Below the pieces are notes generated by a model, which was not told the DNA's origin, did no database searches, and saw only the letters and a list, made by a program, of their open reading frames with translations. This document shows positions 9,433 through 18,094 of a stretch of 29,704 bases of DNA, piece after piece (the stretch's first letter is position 1; each line of letters starts with the position of its first letter). This DNA comes from Burkholderiales bacterium (GTDB taxonomy: Bacteria > Pseudomonadota > Gammaproteobacteria > Burkholderiales > JAHFRG01), in NCBI GenBank assembly GCA_050741655.1, contig JBOIFQ010000099.1, forward strand, positions 1 to 29,704, in the 5' to 3' direction. Made by a program: the position numbers and the translations under genes.

Positions 9433-10383
9433 ATGAAACACTTAACAGTATTTCTAGACCGGTCAACGCTGCGGGCCACGGTGCGGCGGCCGGGTTTCGA
9501 GCATGTCTGGCAGGAATATTCCAAGACTTCGGTCGCGGAAATCATAAACCGGCTCGCCGATGCCACTATCGCCATTACCAATAAAGTGCCGCTGCGCGCC
9601 GAAACCTTGTCGCGGCTGCCCAAGCTTAAAATGATTGCGGTGGCCGCCACCGGTTACGATGTGGTGGATGTGGAGTACTGCAAAGCGCACGGCATCACGG
9701 TGGCGAACATACGCAACTACGCCGTGCATACCGTGCCTGAGCATAGCTTCGCCCTGATCCTGGCGCTGCGGCGCAATCTGCTCGCCTACCGGCAGGATGT
9801 GGAAAACGGCGTGTGGCAGCAATCCGACCAGTTCTGTTTTTTCAATCATCCCATCGGCGATTTGTTCGGCGCCACTCTGGGGATTATCGGCGAAGGCGCC
9901 ATCGGGCAGGGCACGGCGAAAGTCGCGCGCGGTTTCGGCATGCGCGTACTGTTCGCCGACCACGCACCGCCCAAGGCGCCGGGAGTGGAATTCACGCCCA
10001 TGGATCAGGTGCTGGCCGAATCGGATGTGATTTCGCTGCACTGCCCGTTGACGCCGGAATCGCGCAACATGATCGGCCTCGAGCAATTCCGCAAAATGAA
10101 ACGCAGCGCGCTGCTCATTAACACCGCACGCGGCGGCCTGGTGGATGAAGCGGCGCTGATCCGGGCTCTCGATGAAGGCCTGATCGCGGGTGCCGGGTTC
10201 GACGTGCTGACCAGGGAGCCGCCCAAGGAAGGCAATCCGCTGCTCGATTTGCGGCGGCCGAATTTCATCCTGACGCCGCACGTGGCCTGGGCTTCCGACA
10301 ACGCCATGCAGTTTCTGGCGGATCAGCTCATAGATAACATCGAGGCTTTTGTGAGCGGCAAGCCGCAGCATCTGGTGACGTGA
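9433..10383 (+). CDS. hprA: Hydroxypyruvate reductase / glycerate dehydrogenase
   Basis: VFLDRSTL, AVAATGYD, NIRNYA, GIIGEGAIG, SLHCPLT, INTARGGLVDE, TPHVAWAS. Directly follows sgaA. Confidence 0.9.
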   Translation: MKHLTVFLDRSTLRATVRRPGFEHVWQEYSKTSVAEIINRLADATIAITNKVPLRAETLSRLPKLKMIAVAATGYDVVDVEYCKAHGITVANIRNYAVHTVPEHSFALILALRRNLLAYRQDVENGVWQQSDQFCFFNHPIGDLFGATLGIIGEGAIGQGTAKVARGFGMRVLFADHAPPKAPGVEFTPMDQVLAESDVISLHCPLTPESRNMIGLEQFRKMKRSALLINTARGGLVDEAALIRALDEGLIAGAGFDVLTREPPKEGNPLLDLRRPNFILTPHVAWASDNAMQFLADQLIDNIEAFVSGKPQHLVT

Positions 10384-10421
10384 CGCGTTTATCAATCAAA
10401 TTTTGTAATAGGGAGCATTGA

Positions 10422-11600
10422 GTGGATATCCACGAATATCAGGCGAAAGAACTGCTGTCGGGTTTTGGCGTTGCCGTGCCGCGCGGCGGCGTGGCGTACA
10501 GCCCGGACCAGGCCTCATACACCGCCACCGAACTCGGCGGCTGGCATTGGGCGGTCAAATCGCAGGCGCACACCGGCGGCCGCGGCAAGGCCGGCGGCAT
10601 CAAACTGTGTAAAACCTATCGTGAAGTGCACGACGCCGCCAAGGAAATGCTCGGCAAAAAACTGGTGACCAGCCAGACCGGGCCGGAAGGCAAGGTCGTG
10701 CAGAAAGTGTATATCGAACTGGCGGAGCCGTTTGAGCGCGAAATTTATCTGGGCTTCGTGCTGGACCGCAAAATCGAGCGCATCCGCGTGATTGCTTCGG
10801 CGCAAGGTGGAATGGAAATCGAGGAAATCGCCAAGCATTCACCGGCAGCGATTCTGCAGGAAATCGTCGAACCGGCGGTGGGCTTGCAGGAATTCCAAGC
10901 GCGCGGGCTGGCCTTCGGCCTCGGCCTCAACATCAAGCAGGTGTCGCGCGCGGTGAAAACCATCATGGGTGCCTACCGCGCTTTCCGCGATCTGGACGCG
11001 ACCATGGTCGAAATCAATCCGCTGGTGGTGACCAAGGACGACCGCGTCATCGCGCTCGACGCCAAGATGTCGTTCGACGACAACGCGCTGTTCCGTCATC
11101 ACAACATCGCGGGAATGCGCGATCACGCGCAGGAAGATCCGCGCGAAGTGCAGGCCGCCGAGCACAGCCTCAATTACATCGGGCTCGAAGGCGAAATCGG
11201 TTGCGTCATCAACGGCGCGGGACTGGCGATGGCGACCATGGACACCATCAAGTATGCCGGCGGCACGCCCGCCAATTTTCTCGACGTGGGCGGCGGCGCG
11301 TCGCCGGAGCGCATCGCCGCTGCGCTGCGCCTGGTGCTTTCCGATCAAAACGTGCGCGCCATCCTGGTCAATATTTTTGCCGGCATCAACCGCTGCGACT
11401 GGGTGGCCAAAGGCATAGTCCAGGCTTACCAGGACGTGGATATCAAGGTCCCGTTCGTGGTGCGCCTGGCCGGAACCAATGTCGAGGAAGGACGCAAGAT
11501 CATCAATGAAAGCGGCTTGCCTCTTATCAGTGCGGACACTTTGCTTGAGGCGTCGCAGAAAGTGGTCGCCGCCGCCAAATCCTATAAACCCGCTGCCTGA
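10422..11600 (+). CDS. mtkA: Malate-CoA ligase (malate thiokinase) large subunit
   Basis: SucC-like: [58 protein letters not shown] (Mtk-type). Serine-cycle context. GTG start. Confidence 0.88.
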   Translation: MDIHEYQAKELLSGFGVAVPRGGVAYSPDQASYTATELGGWHWAVKSQAHTGGRGKAGGIKLCKTYREVHDAAKEMLGKKLVTSQTGPEGKVVQKVYIELAEPFEREIYLGFVLDRKIERIRVIASAQGGMEIEEIAKHSPAAILQEIVEPAVGLQEFQARGLAFGLGLNIKQVSRAVKTIMGAYRAFRDLDATMVEINPLVVTKDDRVIALDAKMSFDDNALFRHHNIAGMRDHAQEDPREVQAAEHSLNYIGLEGEIGCVINGAGLAMATMDTIKYAGGTPANFLDVGGGASPERIAAALRLVLSDQNVRAILVNIFAGINRCDWVAKGIVQAYQDVDIKVPFVVRLAGTNVEEGRKIINESGLPLISADTLLEASQKVVAAAKSYKPAA

Positions 11601-11611
11601 ACGGATAAACC

Positions 11612-12520
11612 ATGAGCATATTGATCAACGAAAAAACACGCGTGCTGGTGCAGGGTTTCACCGGCGATAAAGGCACTTTTCACGCCAAGGAAATGATTGC
11701 CTATGGCACCCATGTCGTGGGCGGGGTCACGCCCGGCAAAGGCGGCGCCACGCATCTGGGGCTGCCAGTATTCAATACCATCCGTGAAGCGGTCGCCAAG
11801 ACCGGGGCGGAAGCGAGCATCACTTTCGTGCCGCCGGCTTTTTGCGCGGACTCCATCATGGAAGCCGCCGATGCGGGCATCAAATTGGTGTGTTCCATCA
11901 CCGACGGCATTCCGGCGCAGGACATGATGCGCGTCAAGCGCTATCTGCTGCGCTTTCCCAAAGACCGCCGCACCATGATGGTGGGGCCGAACTGCGCCGG
12001 CATCATCAGCGCAGGCAAGGCCATGCTGGGCATCATGCCCGGGAATATCTATCAGCGCGGCACGGTAGGCATCGTCTCGCGTTCGGGCACGCTGGGCTAT
12101 GAAGCGGCGGCACAGCTCATGGCGCTGGGACTGGGTGTCACCACCAGCGTCGGCATCGGCGGCGATCCCATTAACGGCAGCTCGTTCCTGGATCATCTGG
12201 TGTTGTTCGAGCAAGACCCGGAGACCGATGCGGTGTTGATGATAGGTGAGATCGGCGGTCCGCAGGAAGCGGAAGCGGCGAAGTGGGTAAAGGAAAACAT
12301 GAAAAAACCGGTCATCGGCTACGTGGCGGGATTGACCGCGCCCAAGGGCCGGCGCATGGGTCATGCCGGTGCGATTATTTCCGCGATGGGCGACAGCGCG
12401 GCGGAAAAAAGCGAAATCATGAAAAACTACGGCTTGGTGGTTGCGCCCAGCGCTTCCGAGCTGGGCGCCACGGTTGCCGAGGTACTGAAAAAGAAACCTG
12501 CTCGCAAAATGGTTTCTTAA
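11612..12520 (+). CDS. mtkB: Malate-CoA ligase small subunit
   Basis: SucD-like: [42 protein letters not shown] (phospho-His). Lies between mtkA and ppc. Confidence 0.88.
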   Translation: MSILINEKTRVLVQGFTGDKGTFHAKEMIAYGTHVVGGVTPGKGGATHLGLPVFNTIREAVAKTGAEASITFVPPAFCADSIMEAADAGIKLVCSITDGIPAQDMMRVKRYLLRFPKDRRTMMVGPNCAGIISAGKAMLGIMPGNIYQRGTVGIVSRSGTLGYEAAAQLMALGLGVTTSVGIGGDPINGSSFLDHLVLFEQDPETDAVLMIGEIGGPQEAEAAKWVKENMKKPVIGYVAGLTAPKGRRMGHAGAIISAMGDSAAEKSEIMKNYGLVVAPSASELGATVAEVLKKKPARKMVS

Positions 12521-12609
12521 AGTTTAAAGGAAAATATTGTGAACAGGCAGTGTTTGAAAGTCATGCCGGCATTTGCCTGCGCCGGTATTTCTCCTGCGAG
12601 TGAACGCGC

Positions 12610-15360
12610 ATGAATTCCCAATCTGCGCTTTCCCTGGCGGTTCCCGCCGAGATGCAGGAAGCCGCTGTCTATGAAAAAGAGTTGGTCGGCCTGCTGTTCA
12701 AACTGTTCACGGAAATTCTGGAACGCCATGAGCCGCGCATCGTACCCATGCTGCGCGGCGAATCGCGCAACCTCGATTTTCCGCCGCCGGTGCTGGGGCG
12801 CGCGCTGCAGGCGCAAGGCATCTGGTTTCAACTGCTTGGCATCGCCGAGGAGAATGCCGCGATGCGCCGCCGCCGCCAGCATGAAAACGAACGCGGTTAC
12901 GAAAGCGTGCGCGGAACCCTGGGCCAGGTCATGGCCGAAGCGCGCACCGCCGGCATTAATGCCGGTCAGATACGGTCGTTACTCAATAGCATGAAAATAC
13001 GCCCGGTCATCACGGCGCATCCGACCGAGGCGAAACGCGTTACCGTGCTGGAGAAGCACCGCAAAATCTATCTGCGCCTGATGGACCTGGAATCGCCGCG
13101 CTGGACCGAGCGCGAGCGTGAAAGACTGATCAGAGGATTGTCCAACGATATCGAGCTGTTGTGGTTTACCGGCGAATTGCGGCTGGAAAAACCGAGCCTG
13201 CCGCAAGAAGTGTCGTGGGGACTGCATTTTTTCAATGAAACGCTGTTCGAAAACATCCCGGCACTGCTGGAAAAACTGGATTATGCGCTCGAGCACAGTT
13301 ATCCCGGTGAAACATTCGATATTCCGCCTTTCTTTCAATTCGGCGCCTGGATCGGAGGCGACCGCGACGGCAACCCGCTGGTGACCAACGACGTTACGCG
13401 CGACGCGCTGTACCAGAATTCCCTGGCCAGCCTGCATCTTTATAAATCACGCCTGGTTGATTTGCTGCAAGCCATGAGCATAGCCGAGCGTGCGGCGCCG
13501 GTTTCCGATACATTCCGCGCCGCGCTCAACGCGGCGCTTGAGTGCTCCGGCGACGGGGCCGCGATCGCCGCGCGCAACCCGGGAGAATTATTCCGCCAGT
13601 ATCTCTCCTGCATCATGCGCCGCCTTGATGCCACGCTCGAGCAAGTTGAACAAGGCCGGCCGATGCGCGACGAGCGGGCGTATTCCGCCGCCGAGGAACT
13701 GGCCGCAGATTTAAAAATATTGGAGCAGGGTTTGGCGGATTGCAAAGCGCTGGATCTGGCGCTGGCCCTGGTGACACCGATCCGGCGCGCGGTTGAAACC
13801 TTCCGCTTCAGCACGGTGCGCCTGGATCTGCGCGAAAACACCACGCGCACCACGCAAACCCTGGTTGCGTTGTGGCAAGCGAAACATGCGCAAGGCGAGC
13901 CGCCGGCTTTTAATTCCGAGGAATGGAAAGCCTGGCTGCTGCAGGAACTCGCGCAACCGCTGCCTCGGGAGCATGCCGCTTGCGTGCTGCCGCCGGAAGC
14001 GCAGGAGACGCTGGGCATGTTCAGGCTGGTGGCTGAAATGTGGAATGTGCTCGACCGCCACGCATTTGGCACTTTCATTCTCAGCATGACGCGTTCGGTG
14101 AGCGATGTGCTGGGAATTTATCTGCTGGCCAAAGAAGCAGGGCTTTTTTATGATCCATCCGGAGTGGAATATTGCCGCTTGCCGGTCACGCCCTTGTTTG
14201 AAACCATTGATGATCTGCGCCGCGCGCCGGCCATCATGCGCGAGTTGCTTAACGTGCCGGTGGTGAGGCGCAGCATCCGTTCACAAGGCGAGAGCCAGGA
14301 AGTGATGATCGGGTACTCCGATTCCAACAAGGACGGCGGTTTTTTTTCCAGCAACTGGGAGCTGGCCAAAGTGCAGGTCAAGCTCACCCAGCTGGGAAAA
14401 GATCTGGGTATTCCATTGACATTCTTTCACGGCCGCGGCGGTTCGGTGAGCCGCGGCGGCATCGCCACCGGGCGCGCCATTGCCGCGCAGCCGGCGGGAT
14501 CCATCCAGGGACGTTTCCGCGTCACCGAGCAAGGCGAAGTGGTGTCGTCCAAATACGCCAACCGTGGTACCGCGGCTTATCATCTGGAATTGCTCGCCGC
14601 CAGCGTATTCGAACATTCGCTCAAATCCGAGCGCGAGCAGGCGCTGCGCGCCAATCCCGAATTCGAAGAAGCGATGGAAGCGCTTTCGGCTACATCGCAA
14701 ACCACTTACAGCATGTTAACGCACCATCCCGATCTGGCCACTTACTTTCAGGCGGCGAGCCCGCTCGAGGAAATTTCTTTGCTTAACATCGGTTCGCGTC
14801 CCACGCGCCGTTTCGGCGCCAAGAGCCTCGCCGATTTGCGCGCCATCCCCTGGGTTTTCGCCTGGTCGCAAAACCGCCACATCATTCCGGGCTGGTACGG
14901 CATCGGCGGTGGACTCTCTGATTTTTTGCAAGTGCGCGGCGCGGCGGGGCTGGCGCTGTTACAGCGCATGTTCAGGGAATCGCGCTTGTTCCGTCTCATT
15001 ATTGATGAGCTGGAAAAAACACTGAAACAGGTTGATCTGACACTTGCGCGCGAATACGCCGGTCTGGTGGAAAGCGAGAACGTGCGCCAAGGTATTTTCG
15101 GCATGATAGAAAACGAATACCGGCTGGCGTGTGAAATGGTGCTGAAAGTGAGCGGCGGCAAGGAAATCGCCGAGCGTTTTCCCGATTACAGCCGGCGTCT
15201 GGAGCTGCGGCTGCCGATGTTGAAACAGGTGAATCTCGAGCAGGTCGCTTTATTGCGGCGTTACCGGCAGGAACCCGAAGGCGAAACCAAGCGGCTTTAC
15301 CGCGATGCGCTGCTGCAATCCATCAACTGCATTGCCGCTGGTTTCGGCGCCACGGGTTGA
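12610..15360 (+). CDS. ppc: Phosphoenolpyruvate carboxylase (serine-cycle type)
   Basis: VITAHPTE, WIGGDRDGNP, PLFETIDDL, QEVMIGYSDSNKDGG, FHGRGGSVSRGG, TEQGE, LRAIPWVFAWSQ. The exact start is uncertain because the RBS is weak. Confidence 0.95.
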   Translation: MNSQSALSLAVPAEMQEAAVYEKELVGLLFKLFTEILERHEPRIVPMLRGESRNLDFPPPVLGRALQAQGIWFQLLGIAEENAAMRRRRQHENERGYESVRGTLGQVMAEARTAGINAGQIRSLLNSMKIRPVITAHPTEAKRVTVLEKHRKIYLRLMDLESPRWTERERERLIRGLSNDIELLWFTGELRLEKPSLPQEVSWGLHFFNETLFENIPALLEKLDYALEHSYPGETFDIPPFFQFGAWIGGDRDGNPLVTNDVTRDALYQNSLASLHLYKSRLVDLLQAMSIAERAAPVSDTFRAALNAALECSGDGAAIAARNPGELFRQYLSCIMRRLDATLEQVEQGRPMRDERAYSAAEELAADLKILEQGLADCKALDLALALVTPIRRAVETFRFSTVRLDLRENTTRTTQTLVALWQAKHAQGEPPAFNSEEWKAWLLQELAQPLPREHAACVLPPEAQETLGMFRLVAEMWNVLDRHAFGTFILSMTRSVSDVLGIYLLAKEAGLFYDPSGVEYCRLPVTPLFETIDDLRRAPAIMRELLNVPVVRRSIRSQGESQEVMIGYSDSNKDGGFFSSNWELAKVQVKLTQLGKDLGIPLTFFHGRGGSVSRGGIATGRAIAAQPAGSIQGRFRVTEQGEVVSSKYANRGTAAYHLELLAASVFEHSLKSEREQALRANPEFEEAMEALSATSQTTYSMLTHHPDLATYFQAASPLEEISLLNIGSRPTRRFGAKSLADLRAIPWVFAWSQNRHIIPGWYGIGGGLSDFLQVRGAAGLALLQRMFRESRLFRLIIDELEKTLKQVDLTLAREYAGLVESENVRQGIFGMIENEYRLACEMVLKVSGGKEIAERFPDYSRRLELRLPMLKQVNLEQVALLRRYRQEPEGETKRLYRDALLQSINCIAAGFGATG

Positions 15361-15376
15361 AATCCGGCCAGAAAAT

Positions 15377-15562
15377 TTAACCGCAGATAAACGCCGATAG
15401 ACGCCGGTAAGATTCAGGGCAAGCGAATTTAATCTGCGTTCATCTGCGTTATCCGCGGTTGATAAAAGTTTTTTGTACCCTCCCGATTAACGCCGATAGA
15501 CGCCGGTAAGATTCAGGGCAAGCGAATTTAATCTGCGTTCATCGGCGTTTATCTGCGGTTAA
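15377..15562. repeat. 186-bp MITE/REP-like composite element with 22-bp terminal inverted repeats and a 55-bp internal direct duplication
   Basis: TTAACCGCAGATAAACGCCGAT (15377-15398) is the exact reverse complement of 15541-15562. The stretch 15390-15444 is identical to 15489-15543 (99-bp period). Confidence 0.85.
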
Positions 15563-15601
15563 TACGGCTTTTATGACCAATAAACTTGAGAAGGACACAA
15601 C

Positions 15602-16579
15602 ATGAGCTTCACCATCATCGAGCAAGCAACTTCCAGGCTGCACCGCTCCGAACTCGCTGTTCCCGGCACCAACATTTCATTGTTCGAGAAAGCGGCCAAA
15701 TCCGCCGCCGATATTATTTTCCTGGATTGCGAAGATGCGGTCGCGCCCGACGACAAGGAAAAAGCGCGCAAGAATATCGTGCAGGCTCTGAACGACATGG
15801 ATTGGGGCAATAAAACCCTGATGGTGCGCATCAACGGCCTCGATACGCATTACATGTACCGCGACGTGGTGGACATCGTGGAAGCGTGTCCGCGCCTCGA
15901 CATGATACTGATCCCGAAAGTCGGCGTGCCGCAGGATGTGTATGCCGTGGACATGATGGTGACGCAAATCGAAAATGCGAAAAAACGCACCAAGCGCATC
16001 GGCTTCGAAGTTCTGATCGAAACCGCGCTGGGCATGGCCAACGTCGAGGCGATTGCGCAATCGAGCAAAAGACTGGAAGCGATGAGCTTCGGTGTGGCGG
16101 ATTACGCCGCTTCCACCCGTGCGCGTACCACCGTCATCGGCGGAGTAAACAGGGATTCCGGCGTGCTCACCGACAAAGAGGCCGACGGCACGCGCCAATA
16201 TTTCTGGAGCGATCCCTGGCATGCCGCGCAAACGCGCATGATGGTGGCGTGCCGTGCTTACGGCCTGCGCCCGATTGACGGGCCGTTCGGCGATTTCAAC
16301 GATCCCGATGGCTACATCGCCGCGGCTAATCGCGCCGCCGTGCTTGGCTACGAAGGCAAATGGGCGATTCATCCTTCGCAAATCGAATTGGCCAACAAGG
16401 TTTACACGCCTTCGGATGCCGAAGTGACCAAGGCCAGACGCATCATGGAAGCGATGGCGCAGGCGGCGAAAGAAGGCAAGGGTGCGGTGTCGCTCGATGG
16501 ACGTTTGATAGACATCGCCAGCATCCGCATGGCGGAAGCGCTGCTCACGAAAGCCGACACCATCCGCGCATCAACCTGA
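15602..16579 (+). CDS. mclA: L-malyl-CoA/beta-methylmalyl-CoA lyase
   Basis: RLHRSELAVPG, FLDCEDAVAPDDK, VRINGLDTHYMYRDV, IETALG, FGVADYAAS, PIDGPFGDF, GKWAIHPSQI. AAGGA RBS. Confidence 0.93.
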   Translation: MSFTIIEQATSRLHRSELAVPGTNISLFEKAAKSAADIIFLDCEDAVAPDDKEKARKNIVQALNDMDWGNKTLMVRINGLDTHYMYRDVVDIVEACPRLDMILIPKVGVPQDVYAVDMMVTQIENAKKRTKRIGFEVLIETALGMANVEAIAQSSKRLEAMSFGVADYAASTRARTTVIGGVNRDSGVLTDKEADGTRQYFWSDPWHAAQTRMMVACRAYGLRPIDGPFGDFNDPDGYIAAANRAAVLGYEGKWAIHPSQIELANKVYTPSDAEVTKARRIMEAMAQAAKEGKGAVSLDGRLIDIASIRMAEALLTKADTIRAST

Positions 16580-16590
16580 ATTTCCTCGTG

Positions 16591-16623
16591 CAAATAAAAT
16601 GCCCTCCGGATACGGGAGGGCAT
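16591..16623 (-). terminator. Rho-independent terminator between convergent mclA and the small secreted-protein gene
   Basis: Stem ATGCCCTCC (16599-16607) / GGAGGGCAT (16615-16623). On the minus strand it is followed by TTTATTT. Confidence 0.7.
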
Positions 16624-16672
16624 GCGGGATGTAGCAGTTTTTGGTGGACTCAGACTGATGGCTTGCCGCAGG

Positions 16673-16939
16673 TCAGGAAGCTATCCCGGGGTTCCCGTCG
16701 GTCACACGCAGTTGTTGCTCCAGCCATCCGCTGACGTTTTCGCTGCGCGATTTGACGGTGCTATTATCTTTCACTCCCGACTGATCGAAACCCGGACCAG
16801 GATTTCCGTCGGTCGAGCTCAGTTGCTGCTGCAACCAGTTGTCATTATCGCTTTCCGCCAGACTCGCTTGCGCGAAACCCAGTGCGCCGATGAGCATGAC
16901 GCCGATGATTGCCGATTTGCCGCTAAATTTCTTGAACAT
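16673..16939 (-). CDS. Small secreted hypothetical protein (88 aa) with two WLxQQLxxTDGNPG repeats
   Basis: AAGGAGA RBS before the ATG at 16939. Sec signal peptide MFKKFSGKSAIIGVMLIGALGFAQASLA. Internal repeat and a downstream terminator. Confidence 0.8.
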   Translation of the reverse strand: MFKKFSGKSAIIGVMLIGALGFAQASLAESDNDNWLQQQLSSTDGNPGPGFDQSGVKDNSTVKSRSENVSGWLEQQLRVTDGNPGIAS

Positions 16940-17167
16940 GATTTCTCCTTTGCCTGTGTAAGTGGGTGAATGAGGAACGGGTTGCTCCCGATTCATTCAA
17001 GCCGCATTATCGGCAAAGCAGGTCGCGCCCGTGTCACGCAAAGTTAAATTTTCTATCACGGGGAAAACGCAGGGCAGATGGTTTTGCAGCAGGCGCGGCA
17101 CGTTCATGCCGCAGGGCATTAATTGGACGAGGCAGCAACAGCGTTACCAATTACGCGAGCTTTTGAC

Positions 17168-17551
17168 TCAGGTGTGAATAAACCGCCCGCCGCCAAACGA
17201 CCAGTTTTCCCACAGCGTTTCCTTGAAGCAAACCATCACGTTTTCCGGGTTCAATCCCGGCGCGCGCGCCAGGCTTGCAATCATGTCCGCGAGAATCTTC
17301 TTTTTTACCTTGACGCTGCGCCCGGCGGAAAGAAGTATTTCGATCAACACGAAATCATCCGTGCGCTTGGCCGTGAGGTCCGGGTATTCGGTGTCAAAAC
17401 GGAAATTGCCGGCATCGAGTTCCAGCACGCGCTGAAACAGATCTTTTTCCGGCACTCCAGAAGCTGTCAGCGCTTGATGCACGGCGCCAAGAACAGCCGA
17501 CTTGAATTCACTCGACTTGGGTTTGCGGACGGTAAGGGTGACGAGCGGCAT
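17168..17551 (-). CDS. Tautomerase superfamily protein (two beta-alpha-beta units; MSAD/YusQ-like)
   Basis: N-terminal Pro (MPLVTL), VPEKDLFQR, GRSVKVKK, C-terminal ENWSFGGG. GGAGG RBS. Confidence 0.85.
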   Translation of the reverse strand: MPLVTLTVRKPKSSEFKSAVLGAVHQALTASGVPEKDLFQRVLELDAGNFRFDTEYPDLTAKRTDDFVLIEILLSAGRSVKVKKKILADMIASLARAPGLNPENVMVCFKETLWENWSFGGGRFIHT

Positions 17552-17581
17552 GAATCCTCCCTGTAATTAAGTTGATTGACT

Positions 17582-18025
17582 TTAGTGCGGGCCAATTCTC
17601 AGATTAGCGGTCGCGATGTAAACCTCGCGCAGAAAGCAAAGCAGCGCGGCGATGAAAGCCAGCATGGCGAGGATGAACATAAGGCCGATAAGAGTCGGCA
17701 CTTCTATGCTGAGAAATACTTCCAGAAACAGAATCACGATGACCGTGCAGATCAGCAGGGCACACAGCCCGCTCAGGCCGATTGCGGTATTCGAGAGCCG
17801 CGCACGTTTGGACAGAACCGCGAGCCGGGCCTGAATCTCGGCGTGTTCTTTCCCGCTGCTATTCAGCAATCGCGCTTCGAGCACGCGGGCGTAATCAACG
17901 ATTCTGCCCAGCCGGGTGGAAAGCACGTTCAGCATGGCGCCGATGCCGGCCAGCAGAAACACCGGCGCTACCGCGAGTTGAATCGCTTGAGAGACGGCGG
18001 CGGCGGTTAAATCCTGGTGGAGCAT
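17582..18025 (-). CDS. DUF2721-like membrane protein
   Basis: IQLAVAPVFLLAGIGAMLNVLSTRLGRIVDYAR, three hydrophobic segments and C-terminal FLREV, matching the family as recalled. Confidence 0.75.
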   Translation of the reverse strand: MLHQDLTAAAVSQAIQLAVAPVFLLAGIGAMLNVLSTRLGRIVDYARVLEARLLNSSGKEHAEIQARLAVLSKRARLSNTAIGLSGLCALLICTVIVILFLEVFLSIEVPTLIGLMFILAMLAFIAALLCFLREVYIATANLRIGPH

Positions 18026-18094
18026 GTTGATATTTCAATCAAGAACGAAAAGTGGATGGAGCTATGCGGTTTACTTGAAATAATGCCGGATGCT

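Noticed and set aside
10422..12520. Succinyl-CoA synthetase (sucCD) call
   Set aside because: The position between hprA and ppc-mclA and the AGINRCDW motif favour malate thiokinase.
15377..15562. CRISPR array interpretation of the ppc-mclA repeats
   Set aside because: Only two 55-bp copies, enclosed by terminal inverted repeats, with no series of spacers and no cas genes nearby.
3943..16579. Recently acquired genomic island or mobile element carrying the cluster
   Set aside because: No integrase, transposase, att repeats or flanking tRNA, and the coding composition looks similar to the housekeeping genes by eye.
16622..16969. 115-aa plus-strand ORF with an apparent QLLLQP repeat
   Set aside because: Antisense reading of the secreted repeat protein, which has the RBS, signal peptide and terminator.
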